A DNA stretch of 64,000 nt from Thermodesulfobacteriota bacterium (GTDB taxonomy: Bacteria; Desulfobacterota_D; UBA1144; Nemesobacterales; Mycalebacteriaceae): positions 256,001 through 320,000 of the forward strand of contig CBDAQI010000001.1 of NCBI GenBank assembly GCA_965198945.1, read 5' to 3'. A model generated the notes under the pieces. That model did not search any database. It was not told the DNA's origin and saw only the letters and a program-made list of their open reading frames with translations. Every line of letters begins with the position of its first letter. Positions within the stretch are counted from its first letter, which is position 1. A program made the position numbers and the translations under genes. Below, one piece after another: positions 39,921-50,100 of this stretch.

Positions 39921-40544
39921 ATGCTCATTACTTTTGAAGGAATTGACGGTTGCGGAAAGTCAACTCAATCTCTGCTTTTAAGCCGCCACCTTGAGAAAAA
40001 GGGAAAAAAAACCATTCTCACGCACGAACCCGGCGCCGGAGGAGAAATAGGGCAAAGAATCAGAAACACAATACTTCTCGGGGAGATGAAAAAAACCGAT
40101 CCCCTTACTGAGGTATTTCTTTTCTGCGCAGACAGAGTCAACCATGTTCAAAAAGTCGTGAAGCCAGCTCTGGATGAGGGGAAAACAGTCATTTCCGACA
40201 GATTCTTTGATTCCACGGTGGTCTATCAGGGATACGGCAGAAAAATTGATATTGATTTTGTCACACTTGCGGCAAAAAAATCGGCTCTCGGTCTTGAGCC
40301 TGATATTACATTTTTCCTTGACGCGCCGATAGAGGTCTGCATGGAAAGACTCAAAGACAGGCAAAAAAGCGGCAAGCCCTTTAACAGGATGGACGGGGAA
40401 ACGGAAATATTTTACAAACGCCTGCGCGCAGGCTTTCTGTCTGAGTCTGAAAAACAGCCGGACAGAATCAAAACCATTGATGCAAGCGGTGAGGTTGAAG
40501 ACACTCGTCTGGCTATAACGGCTGTTATTGCCGGAAAGCTCTGA
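39921..40544 (+). CDS. tmk: Thymidylate kinase
   Basis: ITFEGIDGCGKSTQ, HEPG, SDRFFDSTVVYQGYGR. Confidence 0.95.
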   Translation: MLITFEGIDGCGKSTQSLLLSRHLEKKGKKTILTHEPGAGGEIGQRIRNTILLGEMKKTDPLTEVFLFCADRVNHVQKVVKPALDEGKTVISDRFFDSTVVYQGYGRKIDIDFVTLAAKKSALGLEPDITFFLDAPIEVCMERLKDRQKSGKPFNRMDGETEIFYKRLRAGFLSESEKQPDRIKTIDASGEVEDTRLAITAVIAGKL

Positions 40545-40558
40545 GTTGAAACTGCTGA

Positions 40559-41551
40559 ATGTTTGAAGAAATAGACGGGCACGGACGCGCAAAACAGACA
40601 TTGCAGAGAGCGATTGCGAACGGACGGATAGCTCACGCATATTTGTTTTCTGGACCAGAAGGCGTGGGAAAAAAGCTCACCGCAATCTCTTTCGCCAAAC
40701 AACTGATATGTCCTGAAAAAACGGGAGGCGCCTGCGGGTGTTCGGTCTGTTCACGGATTGACGGCCGCATACATCCGGATGTTTTACTGTTTGAATACAA
40801 AGACAGGCAGACCATAGCGGTTGACAATGTGCGCGATGAAATAGAGAGGGAAATTTTCCTCAGACCTTTTGAATCAAAATATAAAATTTTCATTGTTGAC
40901 GGCTCCGAGAGAATGAACACAAGCGCGCAGAACGCTTTTTTGAAAACCCTTGAAGAGCCGCCGCGATACTGCGTTATAATCATTACGACCCACGCTCCGT
41001 CAATGATGCTGCAAACCATCCGGTCCAGATGCCGAACGGTTGTGTTTGGAAAACTTGACGGAAGGCTTGCGCGCGAAAAACTTGTTGAAAGAGGTGAATT
41101 TTCAGGCCCCGAAATTGATCTGGCGCTGAAAATTGTGGACGGCAGCCCCGGCAAAGCGTTGAAAATCACCCCCGAGGAAGCGGGCGGGATTTTGGAAACT
41201 ATCAAAACGCTTGCGGAAATTAACTCAGGCAGTCCTTCGGAAGTTTTTGAGTTTGTGGAAAATATTCTTGGCAAAGCGAAAGGAAACAAGGAGCAGCGGG
41301 TTAAGGCTGAAAAATTTGCTGAAATTACGGCTCTGTGGATTCGGGATTTGATATACGCAACCGCAGGGTCTGGGGAACCGGCATACCGGTCTCTCAGAGA
41401 AACTTCACTGAACTTCGCGCGAAAAAGAGAGGCGGCTTCAATCATTGAAAAAGCCGCCGCGGTTGAAAACACCGTAGCCGGAATCAGGCTGGGCAATCTC
41501 AACTGCCGCCTGGCGCTTGAAAATCTTGTATTAAAAATTGCCGAAGTATAG
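40559..41551 (+). CDS. holB: DNA polymerase III delta' subunit
   Basis: HAYLFSGPEGVGK, CGCSVC, HPD, AQNAFLKTLEEPP, TIRSRC; follows tmk. Confidence 0.93.
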   Translation: MFEEIDGHGRAKQTLQRAIANGRIAHAYLFSGPEGVGKKLTAISFAKQLICPEKTGGACGCSVCSRIDGRIHPDVLLFEYKDRQTIAVDNVRDEIEREIFLRPFESKYKIFIVDGSERMNTSAQNAFLKTLEEPPRYCVIIITTHAPSMMLQTIRSRCRTVVFGKLDGRLAREKLVERGEFSGPEIDLALKIVDGSPGKALKITPEEAGGILETIKTLAEINSGSPSEVFEFVENILGKAKGNKEQRVKAEKFAEITALWIRDLIYATAGSGEPAYRSLRETSLNFARKREAASIIEKAAAVENTVAGIRLGNLNCRLALENLVLKIAEV

Positions 41552-41562
41552 ATTAGTGCCTT

Positions 41563-44500
41563 ATGAAAAAAGCAACTCACGCTTTCCAGCCTTCTGATTT
41601 CCCCGAAAGCGGAAAAGGAACCATCGGAAAACTAGCGCTGGCTCTTATAGCCGTGTTCTTGTTGATTTGCTCACAACCGGCGGCACATGCGGTTGAAGTA
41701 ACCGTCAACCCGCAAGACGTTATAGATACGAGTCTGACTCAGGACGGGAATGTTGATGATGAACTGCTGATTCCTTCTTTGAACGCAAGTTTCTTTACAA
41801 ACGGCGCGTTTGCGGATTTCGGAGAGGGCACGGGAAAAGACTCAATCACCATCACCGTCGGCGGCGGAAATTTCAGCGCGGTGGAAATCAGTCCGAGCGG
41901 GTTGTTCAGAAACTTTGAAATAGTAAATCTGTCCGAACAGAATGACTTTTGGACTGTTACCGATAACGACGAGTTGCTTGAATACATTGACGGGCGCACG
42001 GGAGATGACACGGTCGTGTTCGGAGATGGAAGCCACAGCGCGGAAGAGATACATTCGGAAGGGCTTTACAGAGACTTCCAGCGCGTGAGGCTTTCGGACA
42101 GCGACAACATCTGGACTGTTACCGACAATGATGAAGCCCTTCAATTCATTAACGCCGCCGGAGGAAATGACTCAATCGCTTTCGGGGACGGAGACCACAG
42201 CGCGGAAAGTATAAATTCATCAGACGGGCTCTATAGAAACTTTGAGCGCGCCACTCTGTCTGATAATGACAATGTCTGGACTGTTACTGATAACGACCAA
42301 AGTCTGCAATATATTAACGCGCTCGCAGGAAATGACTCAGTCGCGTTTGTAGACGGCAGCAGCCACAGTGCGGCAAACATAAGCGACACGGGACGCTACA
42401 GAAACTTTGAGCGGGTCAGGCTCTCTGATATTGACAATGTCTGGACTGGTACTGATAACGACGAACCACTTCAATACATTGACGCACTCGGCGGAACCGA
42501 AGACACGGTTGCTTTTGCTGGCTTCGGAGACGGTAATTACAGCGCGGCAAATATAAGCGACACGGGACGCTACAGAAACTTTGAGCAAGTAACTCTCTCA
42601 GATAATGACAATGTCTGGGCGGTTACCGAAAACGACGAAGATCTTGAAAACATTAACGCGCTGGAAGGAACGGACACTCTGGAAAATCAGATAACGAAAG
42701 AAGACGAAGGTCCTTTCAGCGCGGCAGACACCGATTTCAGAGTCGGAGACTTCTACTCCTCTACAGGAGAGGCCACACACTGGTCAGCAACCGGAGATGC
42801 AAGGGCCACAAGATACTCCGGCTTTGAGAGGGCCGCAGTAGGAATCAATGATGAAGACAATACATGGGAAGCCTCAAGAGATGACCGCGACCCCGTTCGT
42901 GACTGGCAGTGGATAAACGCAAGGGGAGGAAATGACAGCCTCGTTCTCGGAGACTTGGAACAAAGTGCGGCAAACATATCTTCAACCGGATTTTACAGAA
43001 ACTTTGAGATGGTTGATCTCTCGGAGAACGACAACATTTGGACTGTCACTGATAACGACCAGCCACTTCAATATATCAACGGACTTGGCGGAGATGACAC
43101 CGTCGCATTTGTAAACGGCAGCAGCCACAGTGCCGCAAGTATAAATTCATCAGACGGACGTTACAGAAACTTTGAGCGGGTCAGGCTCTCTGATATTGAC
43201 AATGTCTGGACCGTTACTGATAACGACAGACAGCTTCAATACATAGACGCGCTGCCGGGAACTGATACGGTCATACTTGGAGACGGAGACCACAGTGCGG
43301 AAAACATACATGCAGGCGGACGCTACAGAGGCTTTGAACAGGCTAATCTCTCAAATAATAATAATAATGTATGGACTGTCTCTGATAACGACGAAAACCT
43401 TGAAAGCATTAATGCGCTTGGGGGAACCGACACTCTGGTAAACCCCGTTGCGGACAGAAACGGTGACGGCTCCTTTAATGTGATGGACTCTTCTTTCTCA
43501 ACCGGAGATCTTGGAAACGGATCTTTTGCAAATTATTCCAATTTTGAGCAGGTGGCTGTGGTAATCAACGAGGAAAACAACACATGGACGGCTTCGGAAG
43601 AAGATTCCACAAAGGATTGGCAGTGGATAAATGCAAGCGGCGGAACTGACACAGTCGTGCTCGGAGATCTGGAACAAAGCGCGGCAAACATATCTTCAAC
43701 CGGATTCTACAGAAATTTTGAACGCGTAGACCTCTCGGACAATAACAACATTTGGACTGTTACGAACAATGATGAAGACCTTGAATACATTGATGCTCTA
43801 CTGGGAACTGACACAATTTCATTCGGAGACGGAGACCACAGTGCGGCAAACATAGGCGATGCGGAACGCTACAGAAACTTTGAACAGGTAACTCTCTCAA
43901 ACGGAAACAACTCATGGGCTATCAGTGAAAATGACGCAGACCTTGATAGAATTGATGCGCTCGGTGGGACGGACACTCTGGAAGATCAGATAGAGGGTGA
44001 TGGTCCCTTCAGCGCGGAAGACTCAGATTTCTCAGTCGGAGACCTTGGAACCGGAGAATTCACAAAATACTCCGGTTTTGAACAAGTCGCAGTCGGAATC
44101 AATGACGAAGACAATACATGGGAAGCCTCAGAAGATGACCGTGCCCCCGACCGCGGCTGGAAGTGGATAAACGCGCGGGGAGGAACGGACACCATTGTGC
44201 TTGGAGACGGAAACCACAATGCGGCAAACATAAGCTCAACCGGATTCTACAGAAACTTTGAGCGGGTTACTCTCTCGATTAATAACAACAGATGGACTGT
44301 CACTGAAAACGATGAAAACCCTGAACTTGAATACATTGATGCTCTACTGGGAACTGACACAATCTCATTCGGAGATGGGAACCACAGCGCGGCAAACATA
44401 AATTCATCAGACGGATGCTACAGAGGCTTTGAGGTAGTTGAGCTCTCGGACAATGACAATATATGGACTGTCACCGATAACGATAGAAGTCCGGGTCTTG

Positions 44501-47112
44501 AATACATTGACGCCCTTGGGGGGAATGACTCGGTCGCATTCGGAGACGGCGACCACAGCGCACAAGACATAAGTGAAGACGGGCGCTACAGAAATTTTGA
44601 GCGCGTAACGCTTTCAGACAATGACAATGTCTGGACTGTTACGGAAAATGATGAAGCCCTCCAATTTATTAACGCCGCCGGGGGGAATGACTCGGTCGCA
44701 TTCGGAGACGGCGACCACAGCGCGGAAAACATCAATTCAAGCGGACGCTACAGAAACTTTGAGCGGGTTACTCTGTCTGACAATAACAATGTCTGGACTG
44801 TTACGGAAAACGATGAAGCCCTCCAATTTATTAACGCCGCCGGAGGAAACGAAGACACGGTCGCTTTCGGAAACGGTAGCCACAGCGCGGCAAATATAAA
44901 CTCAAGCAATGGACGCTACAGAAATTTTGAGCGCGTAACGCTTTCAGAGGAAGACGACTCGTGGGAAATCACCGAAAACGATAAAGACCTTGACAGCATT
45001 GATGCGCTCGGAGGAATGGACACTTTGGAGACCATTCTAACAGATGTGAATGATGACGGCTCTTTTAATGCATCGGACACTTCTTTTTCAATCACCGACC
45101 TTAACAACCCCGCCAAACCTGAATTTGGAAATTATTCCAATTTTGAACAGGTCGCGGTCGGAATCAATGAGGGAAACAACACTTGGGTGGCTTGGGTTAA
45201 CGATTCCACAAAAGGCTGGCAGTGGATAAACGCGCGTGGGGGGACCGACACCCTTGCGCTCGGAAACGGAAGTCACAACGCCGCAAACATCAATTCAAGC
45301 GGATTCTACAGAAACTTTGAGCAAGTAACTCTTTCAAACAGCACAGACATTTGGACTTTTACCGAAAACGACGAAGAGCTTACGGTCATTGACGCTCTCA
45401 GAGGAATTGACACCCTTGTGTTTGGAGACGGGAGTCACAGCGCGGCAAACATAAGCGACACGGGACGTTACAGAAACTTCCAGCGCGTGCACCTTTCAGA
45501 CAGCGCCAATATGTGGACTGTTACCGACAATGACCGGAACCTTGAATATATTGACGCGCTTGATGAAACAGATTCAATTCTTGTAAATGTGGGTAATGGT
45601 TCCGCCGCCGCCATAAACGCCGACGATTTTGGGGAAGAAAACCTTTACAGAAACTTTGAATCGCTGAAAAAAACCGGAGAAGGAACTCTTTTTGTACAAA
45701 AAAAGATTAATTTTGGAGAATCCGGAAACGTTTCCGTTGAAGAAGGCACTCTTTCTTTTGATATCTCCATTGAAACGCAAGACGGAGCAGGCGCATCCGC
45801 CGCGAATTCGGGAAGGCTGGTTGCGGGAGGCATATATACGACAGCGAACTCTTCCATAGCGGTCAACGGTTTGAATGTTGTCAGCCTGTCACAAAGTGAA
45901 AGCAGGGAGGTTTCCGTATTTGCAGGAAACACAAGCGGTGTAAATGCAAGCACCTCATTTGTTGATCCGGGGCTTTTCGTTGAACTTGAACGGCGCCCCG
46001 ATGAAATATATGTCGGTTTTGATACCCGTGAAGACGAAATAGACGCCGATTTTGAAACCACAAACCAGCGCACTCTGCTTAAAACAATTCAAACGGCCCT
46101 CAAACAGGGGAAAATAGAGTCAGACTCTTCGGGAATAGTAAACCTCTTAAACAACCGGCGCTTAAATCAGGCACAAGTCAACGGTTTAATTCCGGGCGAG
46201 CACGGCGGTATTGACTATGAGATTATAGATATCCAGAGAACCCTTTTCGGCCAGATTGAAGAAAAGGTTGTTGAAGCGGTCCAACTCAGGCCATGGGAAA
46301 CTGAGCGTGACACTCACCACTTCAAAATTTTTGCAGGCGGTTTTGAAAAGACCATTTCGGGAGATCTGTTTAAAGTCGGCGCGCGCGGATTTTCCGGCGG
46401 AGTTCACAGGCTGCTGTTTAATGAAAAAATGGGTGTTGGAATTGCCGCCGCCGCCTCTTTTCTGGAAACGAGAAGAGAGCGGGTAAATGAGAAAACGGAA
46501 GGTTTTCACGGAGCGCTTTACACAAAATACAAATCGGGCAGGATTTCGGCGACGGGAATACTTTCAGCGGGAACACACGATTATAAATCCAGCAGGAATT
46601 CGGTTTTCGGGGAGATAAGAGGAGAAACCGATATCCTGGTCTATGGCGGAAAAGTGTCGGCCGGAATTGAAATTCTTGAAAATCTGCCGGTGAGAATCAA
46701 ACCCGAGGCTTCCTTCATGTTTGCCCAATCATCAACAGAACCCTACACGGAAACCGGGGGACTGGGAATTTCAGTTAAAAAGACAGAAACGGAATCCGCA
46801 GAAGCCGGAGCAAAAATCAACATAGCTTTTAATCCTCTGACAACCGCCCTGAGAACCCTTGTTCAGCCTGAGCTGGAAGCCGGAATATATTACGATTTTC
46901 TTTCCGGAGGCAACAATGCCCGTGCGTCCGTCTTCAACACTGACTACACCATATTCCGCTCTCAGGTTTCAGACGGAACACGTTATTCCACCGGAGTAAA
47001 GCTCACTATGTCCGACAACAAACACCTTGCATTCAAAATCGGATACAAGGTTGAATTTTTCAATGGTATGCGCTCATATTTGGGCTCCGGACAGTTTTTT
47101 GTGCGCTTCTGA
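41563..47112 (+). CDS. Large autotransporter (type Va) with repetitive acidic passenger
   Basis: Extended signal peptide ending AHA; ~22 tandem repeats; LKKTGEGTL passenger motif; C-terminal amphipathic beta-barrel ending GQFFVRF. Confidence 0.85.
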   Translation: MKKATHAFQPSDFPESGKGTIGKLALALIAVFLLICSQPAAHAVEVTVNPQDVIDTSLTQDGNVDDELLIPSLNASFFTNGAFADFGEGTGKDSITITVGGGNFSAVEISPSGLFRNFEIVNLSEQNDFWTVTDNDELLEYIDGRTGDDTVVFGDGSHSAEEIHSEGLYRDFQRVRLSDSDNIWTVTDNDEALQFINAAGGNDSIAFGDGDHSAESINSSDGLYRNFERATLSDNDNVWTVTDNDQSLQYINALAGNDSVAFVDGSSHSAANISDTGRYRNFERVRLSDIDNVWTGTDNDEPLQYIDALGGTEDTVAFAGFGDGNYSAANISDTGRYRNFEQVTLSDNDNVWAVTENDEDLENINALEGTDTLENQITKEDEGPFSAADTDFRVGDFYSSTGEATHWSATGDARATRYSGFERAAVGINDEDNTWEASRDDRDPVRDWQWINARGGNDSLVLGDLEQSAANISSTGFYRNFEMVDLSENDNIWTVTDNDQPLQYINGLGGDDTVAFVNGSSHSAASINSSDGRYRNFERVRLSDIDNVWTVTDNDRQLQYIDALPGTDTVILGDGDHSAENIHAGGRYRGFEQANLSNNNNNVWTVSDNDENLESINALGGTDTLVNPVADRNGDGSFNVMDSSFSTGDLGNGSFANYSNFEQVAVVINEENNTWTASEEDSTKDWQWINASGGTDTVVLGDLEQSAANISSTGFYRNFERVDLSDNNNIWTVTNNDEDLEYIDALLGTDTISFGDGDHSAANIGDAERYRNFEQVTLSNGNNSWAISENDADLDRIDALGGTDTLEDQIEGDGPFSAEDSDFSVGDLGTGEFTKYSGFEQVAVGINDEDNTWEASEDDRAPDRGWKWINARGGTDTIVLGDGNHNAANISSTGFYRNFERVTLSINNNRWTVTENDENPELEYIDALLGTDTISFGDGNHSAANINSSDGCYRGFEVVELSDNDNIWTVTDNDRSPGLEYIDALGGNDSVAFGDGDHSAQDISEDGRYRNFERVTLSDNDNVWTVTENDEALQFINAAGGNDSVAFGDGDHSAENINSSGRYRNFERVTLSDNNNVWTVTENDEALQFINAAGGNEDTVAFGNGSHSAANINSSNGRYRNFERVTLSEEDDSWEITENDKDLDSIDALGGMDTLETILTDVNDDGSFNASDTSFSITDLNNPAKPEFGNYSNFEQVAVGINEGNNTWVAWVNDSTKGWQWINARGGTDTLALGNGSHNAANINSSGFYRNFEQVTLSNSTDIWTFTENDEELTVIDALRGIDTLVFGDGSHSAANISDTGRYRNFQRVHLSDSANMWTVTDNDRNLEYIDALDETDSILVNVGNGSAAAINADDFGEENLYRNFESLKKTGEGTLFVQKKINFGESGNVSVEEGTLSFDISIETQDGAGASAANSGRLVAGGIYTTANSSIAVNGLNVVSLSQSESREVSVFAGNTSGVNASTSFVDPGLFVELERRPDEIYVGFDTREDEIDADFETTNQRTLLKTIQTALKQGKIESDSSGIVNLLNNRRLNQAQVNGLIPGEHGGIDYEIIDIQRTLFGQIEEKVVEAVQLRPWETERDTHHFKIFAGGFEKTISGDLFKVGARGFSGGVHRLLFNEKMGVGIAAAASFLETRRERVNEKTEGFHGALYTKYKSGRISATGILSAGTHDYKSSRNSVFGEIRGETDILVYGGKVSAGIEILENLPVRIKPEASFMFAQSSTEPYTETGGLGISVKKTETESAEAGAKINIAFNPLTTALRTLVQPELEAGIYYDFLSGGNNARASVFNTDYTIFRSQVSDGTRYSTGVKLTMSDNKHLAFKIGYKVEFFNGMRSYLGSGQFFVRF
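41810..45690 (+). repeat. ~22 imperfect coding repeats (~54-56 aa, four longer variants)
   Basis: Consensus WTVTDND..L.YI(D/N)A.GG.D(T/S)V.FGDG.HSA.NI...G.YRNFE.V.LSD.DN. Confidence 0.92.
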
Positions 47113-47118
47113 CACCGG

Positions 47119-48672
47119 ATGAAAACATACTACATTACAACTCCAATCTACTACGTAAACGACTCTCCCCACATAGGGCACGCCTATACAACCGTGGCCG
47201 CCGATGCGCTGGCACGTCATCACAGACTGCGGGGGGAAAGTGTGTTTATGCTTACGGGAACCGATGAACACGGAAGAAAAATTGAACAGACCGCCTCTGA
47301 AACGGGTGAGACCCCGAAGCAACTCGCCGACAGGGTTGTGGAAAGGTTCCACTTTCTGTGGGAAAAATTGAGAATTGAAAATGACGATTTCATAAGAACC
47401 ACCGAGAAAAGACACGAAAAATGCGCTCAAAAACTTTTCACTGCGGCGTTTAACGCCGGAGACATATATCTCGGCCAATATGAAGGTTGGTATGATGTGC
47501 GCGAGGAAAGCTTTCTCACCGAAACCCAGATGGAGGAAGTCAATAAGCTTCCGCCGGAGAAACGCCCCAAAATTGAAAAAATAAAAGAAGAGTGTTTTTT
47601 CTTCAAACTTTCCTCATTCGGAGACCGTCTGCTTGAATATTACGACAAAAATCCCGATTTTGTAATGCCGAAGGAGAGGATGAATGAAGTCCGCCAGTTT
47701 GTGGAGTCGGGCCTTAGAGATTTGAGCATAAGCCGCACTACATTTTCATGGGGTGTCCCGGTTCCGGGAAGCCCGGAACATGTTATGTATGTCTGGTTTG
47801 ACGCTCTTTCCAACTACCTGACCGCCGCCTGTTTTGAATCGGAAACGGAAAAATTCTCCGCCGTCTGGCCGGCGGACCTGCATCTGGTCGGCAAAGATAT
47901 CATAAGGTTTCATGCCGTTTACTGGCCCGCTTTCCTGATGTCTGCCGGCATAGAACTGCCGAAAAGAATCTTTGCTCACGGATGGTGGACGGTTGAAGGT
48001 GAAAAAATGTCAAAATCTCTCGGCAATTCCGTAAATCCCGTTGAAATCACAGACGAATTTGGGGTTGACACTTTCAGATATTTTATTATGAGAGAAATAC
48101 CGTTCGGAAAAGACGGAGATTTTTCCCGCAGGGCTTTGATTTCTCGTATCAATTCGGATCTGGCAAACGGCCTGGGCAATCTTGTGAGCCGGACGCTCGG
48201 CATGGTTGAGCGTTATTTTGACGGAATTGTTCCCGATGGAACCGGCATGGAATGCGGAAATTCCGCTCTGAAAAAATCCGCGGAAGCATGCGCGGCGGAA
48301 ATACCGGCCGCCATGGATGAGGTGGCTCCCGGCAAAGCGCTTTCATGTTTGTGGAAATTGATCGGTGAAGCGGACAGGTTTGTGGAAGAGACAAAACCGT
48401 GGGAGCTTTATAAAAAAAATGAGAAGGAAAAGCTTTCGGGGGTTTTGTGGACTCTTTGCGAAACTTTGAGAATAGTCTCCATCCATATCTACCCTTTTAT
48501 GCCTGAAACGGCCGAAAAACTCCGGGAAAAGCTGGGGTTTGAAAAATCGCTCAAGACCCTCTCACAAGACGGCTCCGGAATAAAGAATCTTTCAACCGGG
48601 TGGGGGGGCTTTGCCGCCGGAGCCAGGGTCAGAAAAGGCGACAACCTTTTTATAAGAATAGAGAATGATTAG
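47119..48672 (+). CDS. metG: Methionyl-tRNA synthetase, short monomeric type
   Basis: YYITTPIYYVN, HIGH, GTDEHG, YVWFDAL, GKDIIRFHAVYWP, KMSKS. Confidence 0.96.
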   Translation: MKTYYITTPIYYVNDSPHIGHAYTTVAADALARHHRLRGESVFMLTGTDEHGRKIEQTASETGETPKQLADRVVERFHFLWEKLRIENDDFIRTTEKRHEKCAQKLFTAAFNAGDIYLGQYEGWYDVREESFLTETQMEEVNKLPPEKRPKIEKIKEECFFFKLSSFGDRLLEYYDKNPDFVMPKERMNEVRQFVESGLRDLSISRTTFSWGVPVPGSPEHVMYVWFDALSNYLTAACFESETEKFSAVWPADLHLVGKDIIRFHAVYWPAFLMSAGIELPKRIFAHGWWTVEGEKMSKSLGNSVNPVEITDEFGVDTFRYFIMREIPFGKDGDFSRRALISRINSDLANGLGNLVSRTLGMVERYFDGIVPDGTGMECGNSALKKSAEACAAEIPAAMDEVAPGKALSCLWKLIGEADRFVEETKPWELYKKNEKEKLSGVLWTLCETLRIVSIHIYPFMPETAEKLREKLGFEKSLKTLSQDGSGIKNLSTGWGGFAAGARVRKGDNLFIRIEND

Positions 48673-49012
48673 AAGCGAAAAAGGGTTCACTCTTCTGGAA
48701 GCCCTTTTTGCAATGCTTATCCTCTCGGTGGGAATAATCGCAGCGCTTGAAATTCATTCAATCACACTCAAAAACCGCGCGTGGAACAGTTTGTCCTTAC
48801 TTGCGGAAACCGGTATTGAATCGGTCATGGAAACGGACAGGGGGCGTCTTAAAACGGCCGTTAGATCAGGGGCCGCCCATCCTGTGGAACAGGTTTTCAG
48901 CCATATTCAAACTTCGCCGCTTTCATGTGAAAATCTTTCACTGCTTGATTGTGTGGAAACTGAAAGCGGAGCAAAGGTGTCCAGGGCTCCGGAAAAAATA
49001 GCGGTGTGGTAA
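48665..49012 (+). CDS. Type IV minor pilin (PilV-like)
   Basis: Prepilin cleavage site KG/FTLLEAL. Confidence 0.75.
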   Translation: MIRSEKGFTLLEALFAMLILSVGIIAALEIHSITLKNRAWNSLSLLAETGIESVMETDRGRLKTAVRSGAAHPVEQVFSHIQTSPLSCENLSLLDCVETESGAKVSRAPEKIAVW

Positions 49013-49069
49013 AAATTAAATACATAGCCTGCGCCGGAAAAAACTCATTCAGGGGCGAGCAGTTTATCC

Positions 49070-49702
49070 ATGTTTCACGGAAATAAAGAGCGGGGGTTCA
49101 CTCTGCTGGAGTTCATTTTCGCCGCCGTTCTTGTGGCGGCGCTTCCCGTGGCCGGACTTTTTGCCGTCGGAAGGCAGTCAAAAACCGAAGCTCTGTGGAA
49201 AAACATGAGCGAAATGGACCATGTCGCATATTCAATTCTCTCAATAATTTCTGATGAAATAAAAAACTCCGGTTCTTCCGGCGAATTTCAGTCTCCCATA
49301 TATTTTGTTGACGGAGGAGAAAGAATTGATCCGGACGGCGAAAAATGCGATTCCCAATCGGCAAAACAAAACGGGCCCGACTGCATAACTTTTGAAAGTT
49401 CCTCATATGAAAGAAACCGGAGAATCAAAAAAAGTTTTTTTGTTGAAAATGGGGTTTTGAAAATGCGAAACAGTGACAGTTCAAAAACCCAGTCGCTGAC
49501 CTCCGACAATGGAAAAATCGGAGTTGAGGATTTTCAAATCGGTTTTTTAATGGGCGGGGGCGACGGTTTCCAGGGCTCAATGGACGGCGGGGAGGCGGTT
49601 GAAGCCGTAAAAGTGACCATCACACTCAAATCCGGCAAAAATCCGTCGGAACCATATGAAATAAAATCATATTCTGTAGTCGCAAATCCGAGAAACATAT
49701 AA
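49070..49702 (+). CDS. Type IV minor pilin (PilW-like)
   Basis: RG/FTLLEFI; C-terminal VKVTITL...VANPRN. Confidence 0.75.
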   Translation: MFHGNKERGFTLLEFIFAAVLVAALPVAGLFAVGRQSKTEALWKNMSEMDHVAYSILSIISDEIKNSGSSGEFQSPIYFVDGGERIDPDGEKCDSQSAKQNGPDCITFESSSYERNRRIKKSFFVENGVLKMRNSDSSKTQSLTSDNGKIGVEDFQIGFLMGGGDGFQGSMDGGEAVEAVKVTITLKSGKNPSEPYEIKSYSVVANPRNI

Positions 49703-50100
49703 TGAAAAAATCAGACAAAGGCTTTGCCGTCATCATTGCGCTTCTTATCGTGGCAATAATGTCCGCCGCCGTCGCTACGGCGTTTTTCATCTCGGTTGCA
49801 GATTTGGAAATAACCTCCAACCGGATTCAAAGCTCAAAAGCCCTGAGAGACGCGGAGAGGATTCTTGCCGAAGCGGAAATGAGCATGGAAATGTGTCTTG
49901 AAGGAAACGGCATTGAAAGATGTGTGTCGGAAATTGAAGACTCGGTCAGCGGTTACGCAACGGCGTCCGTGCAGTTCCCGGAAACATTTTTTGTTTCCGC
50001 AGTCGGGCAAAGCGGAAATTTTTCCGCCGAAATACAAGCCGTTTATTCCGCCCAAAACGGAAGCGTTACAATGAATTCATGGCAACGGATACTTGAATAG
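49702..50100 (+). CDS. Type IV minor pilin (PilX-like)
   Basis: KG/FAVIIALL lacking Glu5, as is typical of PilX; ends SWQRI. Confidence 0.72.
   Translation: MKKSDKGFAVIIALLIVAIMSAAVATAFFISVADLEITSNRIQSSKALRDAERILAEAEMSMEMCLEGNGIERCVSEIEDSVSGYATASVQFPETFFVSAVGQSGNFSAEIQAVYSAQNGSVTMNSWQRILE

Noticed and set aside
41810..45690. Periodic DNA as a CRISPR array or non-coding satellite
   Set aside because: The repeats stay in one open frame and vary at codon level, so they are protein repeats.
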